From assembly GCA_000708835.1 (NCBI GenBank), contig DF237218.1, positions 1 to 64,000 of the forward strand: 64,000 nt of DNA, read 5' to 3'. Shown piece after piece: positions 35,189-47,640 of the stretch; within the stretch, counting starts at the first letter, position 1; the number at the start of each line of letters is the position of its first letter. The DNA is from Klebsormidium nitens (lineage: Eukaryota; Plantae; Klebsormidiophyceae). The notes beneath the pieces were generated by a model, which saw nothing but the letters and a program-made list of their open reading frames with translations, ran no database searches and was not told the DNA's origin. A program made the position numbers and the translations under genes.

Positions 35189-38100
35189 ATGGCGCAGCTC
35201 ACGCTGCTCGCGCTGACCGCCATTCTGCTCCTGGCTGGGAATGCCGCCGGTGTCCGGCAGCTGCAACAGTTTGCTCCCAACGCGTGCAATCCCTTCTCCG
35301 ACTACCCAAATCAGTGCTTCAGCAGGTGAGTAATACTTGACGATCTCGGGGGGGCTTATGCTCCTGACAATTGCGCTCAATGGCAGAAGCTCCACTTTAC
35401 CTCCCCTGTGAACCGGTGCTTCAGCTGGTGGGGAAGTCGAGCCCTTATATTGGCAGGCGTCCTTAATCGCGCCAGGTTATCTCTGGCATCAAGTTGGTTA
35501 GCCAAGCACTGCGCTGCAGTCCCAATTTAGTGCCACGGGGGATTGCAGTCTCAACAGACTGCTCAGAAGGGGGCGCCGGTTGATAGTCTGAAGTTGATGC
35601 CCCTGTCATCTTGGCTTCAAAAGAGAACAAGAGTGTCAGGTTCAATCAGCATTATCAAGAAACTGACAGCGCTGAACAGAGCTGAGTAGAAGATCTAATT
35701 TCCAATCAATCTGACCAGTTGGGTCGGAACGGAGTTCTCTAGTCGCTCAATGAATGTACATGAATTCAGCATAGCTCAGAATCGCTAAGTATTGAAGCAC
35801 AATCAAGAGTTCTTTTTCAGGGTAGCTTTCAGCGTCAGCGCCGCTATTTCACTTTGCTTTTCATAAGATCCCAGTCGCTTTGTGGGAGGACAATACTGTC
35901 GAATCTTGTTATACTTTTCTATCATGTCGGAACAAGTCATACTACAGTTATTGTTGTGGCTAAGTCAAACAATGTTGCCGGCAAAGCCTCTACACCCATG
36001 CAACACCCAACTGCTATAGCACAGGGAATGCCCCCTTATTCAGCTCCCTCCAAGCACCCACCTTATTGCACAGTTTATACACCCTGACCATAACCAAACC
36101 TCCATACCAAACCACGTTCTCGTATCCATCTTGCAGCGATGGGTCCAAGTCCATTTGCTGCTCCAACGTTTGCCCCAACGCCCCTTCCACAGACCCCGTC
36201 TGCGCCAACGGCGTCCCCGGAGTCTCCCCCACTGTGAATACCCCCAATGCAACCACCCCCGCCCCCACAACCGGCGCCCCCGCTCCCACTACCCCTTCTT
36301 CTACGACCCCCGCCCCCACAACCCCCTCCGGCCCGGCCCCTGCGCCCGCGCCTAGTTACACCGGCTTTCCTGAGTTCGCGCCCGCCTCAACCGCTGACGT
36401 CAGCAGCTTTGTGGACACTTACCACCCGACCCTCAAGTTTGCCGTGATTGGAGGTAAGCTAGTGTGGGCGATGGGAAGGAAGAATCAGGGCTGTTATGGA
36501 CAACAGTTCAGCTCTGGCAAAAGGTCCCCTTAGTGCACCCAAAGTTTTGAGGATGTTTATGAGCGAGCGCCCATTCTTTGTGGGCGGTACTTCTGTGGGA
36601 CTGGTGGTTTGCGATTGGGTCTTACAGCAGTTGGTCGTGACTGGCTGGGAAAGCAGAGGGTGTGGAAGATTAAGGGCAGGCGTCTGGATCTTTTTGGTGA
36701 TTAGAGGCTGGACGACTTTCACTCAAAGTTGCAGGGTTTCTGGCGGACTTTCGCATATGTTAGACAGCAAGCAAAGCTCCGCTTACCCATTTTTTACCTA
36801 GCCATGAATAGGAAAGCTTTTTCCACTCGCAAAATCATCCTAAGGCACAACGTGGGCCGAATAATGTCCTCCAGTTGATGCTGCTCTTCCTACCCAAGAA
36901 AAGAAGGCCAGTCTTTGACTTGAAGTAGTGGTTGAAATATTATCTCCATAAAGTGAGTCAGGATCTGTGAGTCCCCGGACACTTGCCCGTAGGGGTTTGA
37001 GATGATTGGACAAGAATTGGCAGCTAGCATTGTGGGCTTAGGCAGGTTGGTGTGACAAACTATCCTGGCAAGTAAGAAACCACATCTCATTGCCGTGCCA
37101 GTGTTTTATACCTTTGAAAAGCACTGGAAGCCGTGTCGGAAGGTTGAAAGTCAGCAGAGGTACGGGCTGAATCTTGACTGAGCCTACCCCTGCAAAGCCA
37201 AGGGCTTCAGAAATTTTCTGTAGGTTTTTGCCAGACTTAGGGCCGTTGAACAATGCTCGAGGACTTCGGCTCCAGCGGTGCTATGCGATCAGGAGGTTTT
37301 ACTGCAACAGTTGCCTAGTTTTCTCCAAATGCACTCGCCGTCTGATCCAATGCCTTCGTCACATCTCTTGCATATAATGGGCTCTGCGTCAAAGCGTTCC
37401 ACAACCCTCTGCCACTCTTTGCTTTCGGAAACCCCCCTTCTTGGTAGGTCACCTATCTTCTTCACGGATTGAAACCTTTTCCAAAGCCTCCTGCTAATCA
37501 GCTCTTTTGACCCCCTCCTGCTAACCAGCCTTTTTCTAACCCCTCCTGCTAACCAGCTTTTTTTTAACCCCTCCTGCTAACCCGCCTTTTTTGACCCCCT
37601 CCAGACGTTGGCCGCATCGGCGCCCCTGCCTCCCAGGGCCTTGACCAATGCCCGACCTCCCTCTTCCCCGACAACAACACCGTTGGTGAGCCGCAAATTC
37701 TTCCTTCTGCCAGTCGCTCGCTGCGGTTTTGCCCAGTGTCCGATGGTCTTTCACGGTGAAGTCTCCACATCACAGATGATTGGCTCGCAATCTGCTGGAG
37801 GCACTGCTCCTTCTGGCCAGACGTTTGTGTCAGGCTATCTTGCGGAGGCTGGCGGCTTGCCGATGATGTCTCCAAGTCCTTGCTTCACACATAATGGTGG
37901 CCCTGCGCGCTTATAAAGCGAGAGAACAGTCTAGAGCATGCAACTTCTTAGAAGAACACACGTCTCTTCTGGGCGCTCGAAGTCTACTGACCAGTCCTTT
38001 CTGTATCATCATCTATCACTAATGCTTTCAAAGTTATTCAGGCGGCAGGTTCGCTTTGTTACCGAGCATACTGTCTCAGTCTCCTTGCACAAACCGAGAG

Positions 38101-41100
38101 GCGTAATCCCGTTGTTTCGGCGGGATCTTTCTTTTCCTTGGCTTTAATCTCGTTCTTCAGAACCACCTACTACCATCTTTACAAGCCTTTCGAGGGCCAA
38201 TAGCCCCTTCGCTGCAAATAGTGACGGCTTCTCATGCCGAATACTTATGAGCAAATCAGAACTAAGAATCACGTGGCGCTAACGTGTGGATGAAGGATGA
38301 ATCTTGTCCAAACATTGTTCATTCTCTTTCTTCCTTCTCCTCCAGCCGGTCAATACCAGCTAACGACCGCCAAGCTCTTGGCTGACGTGTGCGACCTCAA
38401 CAAGTGCTCTTTCATCGTCAACACGGGCGACAACTTCTACGAATGCGTGAGTGCCGCATTTTCAGTCTCCCCTCTGCATGTCCTGAAATGGAGCAAGCTT
38501 GGTTGTACTTGAGCTGCTTGTTTCTCACGGGATGCTCCACCAATCGATATATGTGACTGTGTCGTGAGAAAGAAAGGCCATATTTTGTGGTAAACACAGC
38601 CGCTCCCTCAACCGCGGAATGAAGGACGCATCTCTCCGTACACAGATCGTTGAGACTCCCTCAGAAGCAACTCGATTCTTCTGAACTCAGCACAGAAATT
38701 TGTCTCAGCCCGTCTCCTTTAGCACGCAAGGAGCCACCGCTGTTTTGCGAAAGGCCTACTTTCTGCGTACAAGTCATCTGAGAGTAAGAGGAGTCAGTCG
38801 TGCAGGAGAACAGTGATTCTTTCTTGTCACGATCAAAGATGCCCTCATTGCTGTGTGTCCTGGCCACAACAGCCGCTTTCGAAACCGGAGTTTCCACGTT
38901 ATCTCGAGGGCTCAGAGGCACTGGCAGAGCAGACGAGATACTAGTACCCAGTGGCCCTAGCGCGGACGGACCAGAAGCAAAGTTGCATCGTTGCCAAATC
39001 GAAAACTTTCTTTCTTCGTGATTCAGGGTGTGTTCCTTAACCCGCCTCGAGAACGAGGTTTGCCACGTCTCCGTCAGGGCTGAACCACTTGTGCAAGACG
39101 AGATACTGGTTCCAATTGCCTTAAAGAAAGCAAAATAAATGCGCCATCCATACAATTCATCGCTTTTTCTGGGTTCCAGAACGTTTATCCGGGCAACAAC
39201 CGCCGCCTAAAGAACTTTATTTGTCATGAGGCTGAGAGACACAGCAGACAAGATCGTAGGACTTATTCCCCCTAGCACAGACAAACAAAATGTATCGTCT
39301 TCGAATCTAAGAGTCCACTTCCCTTTTGATTTCCAGGGCGTTTACTCGGGCGACAACAGCAGCATAAGTACGACCTTTGTCATGAGGGCTGGGTAACATA
39401 GAAGACGAGATAGTAGGAACCAGTCAACCCAGCACAGACCAACAAAATGCATCGTCTTCAAATCTTGAAGCCCACTTCCCTTCTGCTTTCCAGGGCGTTT
39501 ACTCGGGCGACAACAGCAGCATAAGTACGACCTTTGTCATGAGGGCCGAGTAACACAGCAGACGAGATAGTAGGACCCATTCGCCCTTGCAGAGACAAAC
39601 AAAATGCATCGTCTTCAAATGTTAGAGCCCACTTCCCTTCTGCTTTCCAGGGCGTATATCCCGGCGACAACAGCCGCCTCAAGAACGACATCTTTGACGT
39701 GTACAACCCGTACGTGTCCCTGAGCAACCTGGTGTGGCACTCGACGCTGGGCAACCACGACATGGTCATCGATGGCTCCATGGAGCAGGAGATGTCCTTC
39801 AACAACCCCCTGTGAGTACTCTTTCAGCAACGGGTCCCAGGTTTTCTCGTTTCAGCTCAGAAATGTGCGATTCCAGTGACCTATTTCTCGTTCTCCTATT
39901 CAATAATAATAGGCCTGAAGCGCGCCGATCCTCCGTGTCTTTCCAACAATCGGAGGGAGTGTTTCTCAGAACAGAGAGGCGGATTCGTTCTTCGTGGTAC
40001 ACTGATCTGGGCGTTCTTCCGGTAGATCGCCTGTCTCGACTGTCCGAGAGTCCCTCCAATCAAAAACCGTTCTCTACTCTCTTTCTTCTTCTTAAATCTT
40101 TCAAGGCGGTTGTCTGAGCATTTCGTTACGATTGTGTGTCTCGATCTTCGTCATTGTAGTGGCATTGTAGTCGTTGTCTCCATCGGCAGAGCGACAGTCA
40201 GCGAAATGAGCGGTTGTAGCTGACACAAAAGTCAAGCATAAACAGCTCGCTTTTTTTAGATTTGCCGCTTGAGAAGCGGTCACGATTGGCGTCCACGAGG
40301 GACAGGGGTCAACGATGCCCAAAATCTCTTTTGCGCGCAAGAAGAGCTCTCGACTTATGGACCCAATTTCCCTAAGCGCAATCTTATCAATCTGTTCTTG
40401 ACTGGACGTCTCAGGACCCCTTCTTCCTCACGCTGACCGCGTGACCCTAGATGCAGCGCTGCGATCCGCCCTTGCCACACTTCTGCAGCGGCCGCCCAAT
40501 CCCATATCCCTGCCTCGAGGGTTGCCGCAATATGCACGTGGACTCATGGCGTGCGGGCGTCCTCTTCATCAGATAGATTCTCACGAGCAACGTCCTCTGA
40601 CGGGCAATCTGCTCGGCTCGCGCAGTTACTATCTCCCCCTGCCAATTTCGTGACGTCTTCCCAAGTCCACCATCGTACAAGCGCGTTCCACAACCTCCTT
40701 CCAGTGCTGATTCTCGCTGCAACCGAGTCCGCACAAACCAGTCTGCAAAGTTGTTGCCTCACTGACAGCGCGCGCTCGCCTCGCGCAGATGTTACCTCCC
40801 CGCCGCCAAATCTGTGCGCGACTTCAGTTTCGAACGGCGTTTCCACTCCACACGGCATTGAGATTCAGCGCTTAATGAATGCTCTTCAATCACAGAAGTA
40901 TGCACAAGCAAACCACAAACTTCTTAGATTGTACGCCTGCGTTGCGCAGGTGGTATCTCCCTGCCGCGAACTTCGTGCGCGACTTCAAGTCCAACGGCGT
41001 CGTTGTGCGTGCCATTTTCTACGACGAGAACCCCTGGATTGCCAGCTACAACGGCAAGGGCAAATACGACAAGCGCTGGTATAAGCAGCACGTAAGGACA

Positions 41101-43663
41101 CGTGCCCGCCGTTTGACCATGTCCGCTTGCCGATATTCCGTTTGCTCCATATCTGTTTGTCTTTGTTTTGCTGAACATTGGTCCGAATTGCAAATCTGCG
41201 TGCTAGCCAAGGAGCGCTTTTCAGTCTCGCCCGTATTATTTCTTACAAGCGTGGAAATTTGTAGCTTTTCAGTCCCGAAACAAGTATCTACAGAGTTGAT
41301 CCAAGTTAGGATTAGAGATCCGAGCTCAAAATATGCTTGTGCTCCCCTTTAAGCAGCTCCCGATCCGACCAGGTGATTTGCCAATAAGTTCTGCCTTACA
41401 AGAGTCAACCGCTTCTGACCGCCCCTTACTCGACTTCTAGGTCAATCATTCCCGTCTCCTTCCACAGGCCGTAACAGATCGTAAGAGCCTTGCTTTTACC
41501 TAACCGCCCCTCAAACCAACCTTCCATCACTTCTCCCCTCGAGCAAGTTCCAACCTTATATCGGACCCCCTAAGGTGAGACTTCCACCTTTCTAAAGCCG
41601 TTGACCGCCCCCTGACCCAATTTTTCTGCCCTTGCAGAGCAACCAGGCATACTCCGACGCCGTTATCGCTTTCATCGAGAACGCCCTCAAGACCTCCACC
41701 GCGGCTCACACCATCCTAGTTTCCCACTACCCCCTCTTTGGAACCGCCGTAGAGTACGGCCGCACCGCGTCGGCCGGGCTCTACAACTTCTTCCCCCGGG
41801 TGAGGGCGCCATCTTTACTTGAACGTAACATTCGTTCTGGAGGATCTGTAGGAAAAAGTCCAAACACCAAAACTTGCACTAGAATCACGAAGTAGGTTTG
41901 CGTTTCGTGTGGCCGGCATCTCTTCTGACTCCTCCGAGGAGTCTGTAAAGGTTTTTCATCTGCCGGGACTCGATTGTTTTTTGAGGGAGCGATGAATGGA
42001 CCGAGAGCTAGTTGCTTTGCTACAGAAAGTGTCAGCGTCCGGCAAGGGCTCGCTTTTGAACTGTCTCAGCGTGGCCGCATCGCTTCCGTCGGGCTGGTCT
42101 TCTCTTCTCAAGAGAGCCCTGCTTTCATAATGGTTTTGAGGTTATTGGTGGCTAACACGTGGGTTAGTCGGTGTTTCATTTTTGGGTTATTTGACCTTCT
42201 TCATCGGCAAGGAGCACCTTTCTGAAGGCGGTTGGCCTTGGGTTCCCTCTTGAGCATATGAATCCTTTTTGTCTCTCTTTCACTGGCAGACATAGTCATT
42301 GCACTCAACAACCCGTCTGACTTTCTTTTACTGTAGAATAACTCCTCGCCAGTCATTCTCGCAGCGCCTTTGTCGGGCTTATTTACAGGGTCTCGCTCCG
42401 CAGAAAAGCGCGCAACCCACCACAATCCCGAGTCCGCCGCCCCTGAACGGCCACAAGAACAACCAGCTTTCAATTGTTTTTCGCTTGGGTGCCGTAAATT
42501 CTGATCTCAATCTCGGTTCCCGCTTATACCGATTAAATACCGCCCTGCAGGTGGTCGCCCTGATCAACCAGTACAAGCCGGTCGCCTTTTTTAACGGCCA
42601 CGATCACATCCTGACTCTGGGAGCGCCAGGCAATTTCAGCAACGGCTTCACCAGTTACGTCACGACCGGGGCCGGTGCCCAGCACGGCTACTCCGACGCG
42701 TGCGGTACCAACCGGCAGTACTCCAACGGAGGCGCCGGCGGGTTCGTCGTGTGCGAGGCGACCGCCAGCACCTTCACGGTACGTACCGGCTTCTCTTGAT
42801 CGTGGCGGTGTGCAACGGCTTGTTTGTCAAACTCGAAGTCCTGGCTGTTGACTGGCATGTGTCGGAAGAGATCATTGGTGACAAGAGTGCTTTGCTTACC
42901 TTCGTTTGTGAAGGACTTTGAAGGAAGTCGCTCCCTCCACGAGGCTTTCGGAAAGCCCGATTCCATCGAGGCGTCCAGGCAGCTGTGATAGCAATTGGTC
43001 AAGTCTAAACATTTTCTGGACTGAGAAAGAAGCGCAGCCGTTCGATGACCATCGAACGGAAAGAGTCGAGTGACGACCGCCGTGTCCTTCTCGTCACGTT
43101 GCGGACTTATCCAACACGAGTGAGGTCGCCATATCTCGCATTCACCAGTTCTAGCCTACGTTGATCAATAGCGTCACGTTATTTGGAGCGCACGGTGCGA
43201 TCACAGCCTACTTCCGCGGAAACAATCCGTGTCACCGTGGCGAAGCCGAATCCCGGCCTCGTTTAACAGGATTGTTTTGGCCCGTAGGAACCATGGACGG
43301 TTATTGGCTGGCTATGGGCTGGTTCAAACCGGGTTGACTATCCAATTACCAGGAGGATTTGGCAGTAGCCAGCCTTGAAACGAGGTTCAAGCCCGGCATT
43401 CTGCTCGATATTACAAGAGACTCAGTCTGATATTTAACCTGGTTAGCTAGCAGCCAAAATCTTCTGTGTTTCTCCACTGATCCTGAGTGTTCAACGTTTC
43501 TTCGCAGATCAAGTATTACACCACTGGCCCTAACGTCGGCCAGATCAATACTGAGGCGGCCCAGTGCACGGTGACGTCAGATGGCGCCAGCAAGACCACG
43601 ACCGTCGGCTCCGATTGCGCGGCCAACCTCAAAGCCACGCCCGCGGACGGCTCTGCGTGCTAA
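35189..43663 (+). CDS. Secreted purple acid phosphatase (small ACP5/PAP17-type metallophosphoesterase) with N-terminal Cys-rich module and Pro/Thr-rich stalk, 494 aa
   Basis: Exons 35189-35325, 36137-36453, 37605-37685, 38346-38446, 39651-39811, 40950-41091, 41638-41799, 42551-42778, 43508-43663 (1485 nt, in frame). Signal peptide MAQLTLLALTAILLLAGNAAG. All five PAP metal-ligand blocks are present: GDVG, GDNFY, GNHD, LVSH, GHDH. Confidence 0.9.
37491..37604 (+). repeat. Tandem repeat, ~27-bp unit x4, immediately before a splice acceptor
   Basis: Unit approximately CCCCTCCTGCTAAC(C)AGC(T)nTAAC, ending at the CAG acceptor at 37604. Confidence 0.8.
38850..39690 (+). repeat. Degenerate tandem repeat, ~157-bp unit, 5-6 copies, containing acceptor plus exon start
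   Basis: Acceptor-like (TT)CAG ends at 39026, 39179, 39336, 39493 and 39650 (the real one). The copies at 39336 and 39493 are followed by GGCGTTTACTCGGGCGACAACAGC, resembling the real exon start GGCGTATATCCCGGCGACAACAGC; the more distal copies are more diverged. Confidence 0.85.
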
Positions 43664-45822
43664 ACCAAAAGTGCGCACTGTTTCTTCTGGCAATAAGAGG
43701 TTTTGCGCGTCAAATATGAATATGAGGTACCGTTCCGAGAAGGCGACCAACGCATCCCGTTTGGCTACATGCTAAATGGGCATTGATCTGGGTTTCCGTC
43801 ATAAGTAATAGGATTGCGAAACAATAAAAGATAATGTCCGCTAAGTTATCGTGTTGAGCAATATGGTGGATATAGCTATCCCAGGGTCCGCTTGTTCGAG
43901 GATGAAAACTGGTTATATCGAGAGTAGACAAAATGGAACATCTGGAGACTTATAAGTAACTTGAGGTGGGCTAGCAGCCATCATATAGCCTGATCTTCGA
44001 ATCGAATCAAAAGCAGGTCATGAGCTTAATGAGAAGCATCGCTATGGTGGCCACCGATTGATTGCAATAATTAATATTCTGACTGGTTGAGTGACCTTCG
44101 GAGTCACTTTTCTGGATTTGCTAATTGCACATGTGATCCCCCAGGTTCTAGTCCTGACATTCTAGCTGCTTTTTCTGCCGACCTGAGGCCCGCCGCAACA
44201 TATAAGCTCTAAACCAGCACAAAAATGACATTCTGATTCGATCAGACCGTCTGAGAAGCCGTTTTTCAAAGGTCAATGAGCGTGCCAGTCCAAACAGGAC
44301 TGAGTCAGTTTGAACGAGTACGTGTGTATGTAGTCCGCTCGGCCCGTGCGTGTTTCAAGTTTGAGTCGAGAGCAATCTCAGGCTATAATTGGGATCAAAC
44401 CCCTATGGGTTTCAAATACTACGCATGCATGCCAGTGACTGTGATACCGTGCTGACCGTACAACTTTGCGCAACTTGTCATTCCGCGGCATGCCGCGACC
44501 GGGCATACAGTACGTGCGTGGAATAATCTGAAACGTCAATGACTGGATCGTTACACTATTGAAGCGGTATGCATTTGCCGCACCCCTGCCGCACCTCTTC
44601 TTGCAGCTCGTTGATGACAGTCAAGCAGTTGCTAGCTGTCCGGTCGATTGTTTACTTGAGAGGCGTGCCACTGCGTGAGAAAGAAACACAGACCAAGTTA
44701 GGCCTACTGCCTGCGATCTGCAGACGGCTTTGCATGATCATGATGACGTACGGGTCACTGACGTACCGGGCCCACGAAGAAAGTCCTTCAGGTATATAAA
44801 CGCTCGTAAGAAGGCTGAGCTGGCTTGACAATCAACCTTGCGCAGAATCTGCACGTAGTAGAACTCGGAATACTAAAAAGATTGAAAAAATGACACAGCA
44901 AGTCGATATACGAACATTTCCCCGCATTCATTGTGGGCTCTAACTTTGTGTCATATTGTTCGAAATTGGGGCTACGTCTGAGAGTACTGACAAGGGTTTT
45001 GCATTATTCGCAAAGACGATTCTTAAATCTCGCTCGCACTCAGCAGCATAGCCTGTGCCAGTAACGTCGCAGGCGCTATCTCCGATTGATCATTCTTCGC
45101 GCCGCCGGCCGTCTTGTCGGAACGTTCTTCGCTTCCAACTTCGACACGTCCCTGTGACGTCGTCTGCCGGCAGCGGCGGCCGCATGGCTTTGCTTGCGCG
45201 ACCGCCGCCAAGGCGTGGTTTACTACTACCGTAACCGCAAGCAACTCGCCCCACCCACTGGACCTTACCGGGTTGCAAAATCCTGCAAACTCTGCGGTCT
45301 CTGCGACGCGGCGCGGCCGCGCCAATCAGCCGATGGTTTCGAAGCTCCTTCGAAGCTCAGGCGCGCCGGCTTAAGCGCTTCCGACATTAGTGACCTGAAT
45401 ATATGTGGCATGGGAGCAAGATCATTATGAATCTGAATGTTGTAAGCTGATCCTTAATCCGCTATCTAGGCGCAAGTTGAAGAGAGCAACAGTTGTGAGC
45501 AACATGGAGGAAGCAAGCCAGTCCTGCCACAGAGTCGAGCGACTGCCCGACGGTATCCTCAAAAGGAATCCTTCAGTATCAAAGCTTCTTCATGGTCTTG
45601 GCATGATTACAGAATGTAACAGCTTTACCTTTGTGAAGACCAAGTGATTTTACGACATCAGCAACCATCAGATAAAAGCTTCTGTTGTGCGGATTGATGC
45701 ATTTGCCTTGGGTTACGCAGCTACGCTTGAGTCTGGCTAGATTGCGACGCTATCTGCATGCTCGAAATCGCATTTTCTCGTTACTTACTCAATGCGCTTT
45801 TCACTTCCAGTTCCTTGGGCAG

Positions 45823-45969
45823 ATGTACGCCCCAGGCGCCATCGAGGAACGCCTTGCCATGGGCACGCTCGAAGGGCTTCTTCACCGGGAGTACGTGGAG
45901 GGAACGGACGAGGACTACGAAACCTCCGGGCTCACGGAAACGGATTGCAGCTTTGAACGCTTCGGACAG
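45823..45969 (+). other. Orphan exon-like segment (49 codons)
   Basis: GGCAG|ATG...GGACAG|GTCAGC with exon-like codon usage, encoding MYAPGAIEERLAMGTLEGLLHREYVEGTDEDYETSGLTETDCSFERFGQ. No partner exons could be assembled. Confidence 0.3.
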
Positions 45970-47640
45970 GTCAGCTCCGACCATGGCAACCTGTTCTTGA
46001 GAGGGTTCCGTCAGGTTGTTGAGGTTGTATCCCTGTCTCTTGCCCAGGTGCCCACAGCCCTGTCGTGCGGAAGTGTCAGTCAAGCATCTTTTATTGCACG
46101 CAAGTTCTGCCAGCTTCTAGATCGAAAGCCCAATTCCGAATGAGGAGCTTGAAAGCCGAGTACATTCAGTTGGAACAAGCAGGCTCGATATCGACTCCAA
46201 GAATGTATCCAGTCTTTGTCTACGCAATGATGACTACAAACATTCCTCATCCTCAGACTGACTCCTGCAAGTTTACTTCGTGACCTCAGACCTTATACAA
46301 ACAGTGATTTTCGCCAGAGGAAGCGGTCGGAACTTACGGGGCCTCGTGATATACTTCCAACCTTTAACTATATATCAAAATACATTGTTGCAGTTGCCGA
46401 CTGAGTTACTGCAGTCAGATGTCAAGGCTTTAGGGGAGAACACTGATCAGCCACGCAGCTTGCCAGGCCGCCGGATGCTAGCTGCTGTCGCGCCCCGACT
46501 TGTCAGACACCTTTACGTGTCTGGCTCCCCAACGTCCGGAGGTATCTCTCTCCAGCGCAAGTAGGCGGATGTGCAGGACTTGCCAGCATTTAGTTTAGAG
46601 GTACTATTCGCTTCTTAGAGAACAGCCGACTCTATTTGGTGCTCAGAAAGGCACGGTTTCTGGAGTCGCACGCTTGTGCGCTGTGGCTAAGTATCTAGAA
46701 TGCCTGTACGGTGTACGCTCAACCGTCTGGATCAGACTCGATCCCTCTATGACACTAAACGGCAACTCTGCGTAATAAGGTGCATCATTTGCTCGAACCT
46801 AAGGGCCGGGAGCGTGTACGATCGACGGTCATATAACCTTGGCCTAGCTGCCTCAAGATCGATTGTCGAAGCACATTGGCGGTTGAGGTTGCATAATTCA
46901 TTATTCTGTCAGTGTAGAGCTAGCTTATAAGTTCATTCACTCCCTTTTGAACCTTCCAGCTTTTCATGTTTGTATTGGATGTAGTATCGATCCCGTGAAT
47001 GCCAGCGCACAGCCGCATTGGGCCGTGTTGATTAATTACTGACAGTCGTTAAGTTCACCAATTTCATGATCATGCCACAGTCAATCTTGGCAGAAATATG
47101 CACGCCGGATGAGCGATCGAAGCTACTGCAGGACTGGTTGCTTAAGTTCCCAGCTTAAATTAGGTCGATTGACCTTCTGGTAGACTTTATCATAGAATCA
47201 GTCGGAGCGGACTGATTGAGTTCGAAACATGCATGCATGAGCCTGCACATACATCTGACTTTATGAGCGTTCAACGTTGAGTCCCGCGGCGAAATGCATA
47301 CAGTGCTCGGGTATAAGTCAGTAACTACCACGTAGTACTAGTTACAGTTCAGTGTTGCGGCGCGCGCGCGCGCGGATGCATCACGCATGGCCGGCTTCCG
47401 ACTCCTTATCGAGCCTACCAGATTACAGTAGGTTAATTCTCACCGCGAGTCAGTGGTTGCACGGATGAAGTCTGCATACGATCTAATTAAACTTGCTCGC
47501 ACCGCAATATCGAATTGGGTGGCAGATCCAGCTAACCGAATATGGTTCTTTTGTAGAGCCCTCGACAATTTCCTTCTCGTGTGCTGCTCCACTTATGGTG
47601 AAAATGAGAGGTGCCAGTATCCGTCGATATCTGTAGCGCC

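Noticed and set aside
47361-47374. (CG)7 tract, also poly-G at 61971-61983
   Set aside because: These are simple microsatellites or homopolymers with no evidence of function.
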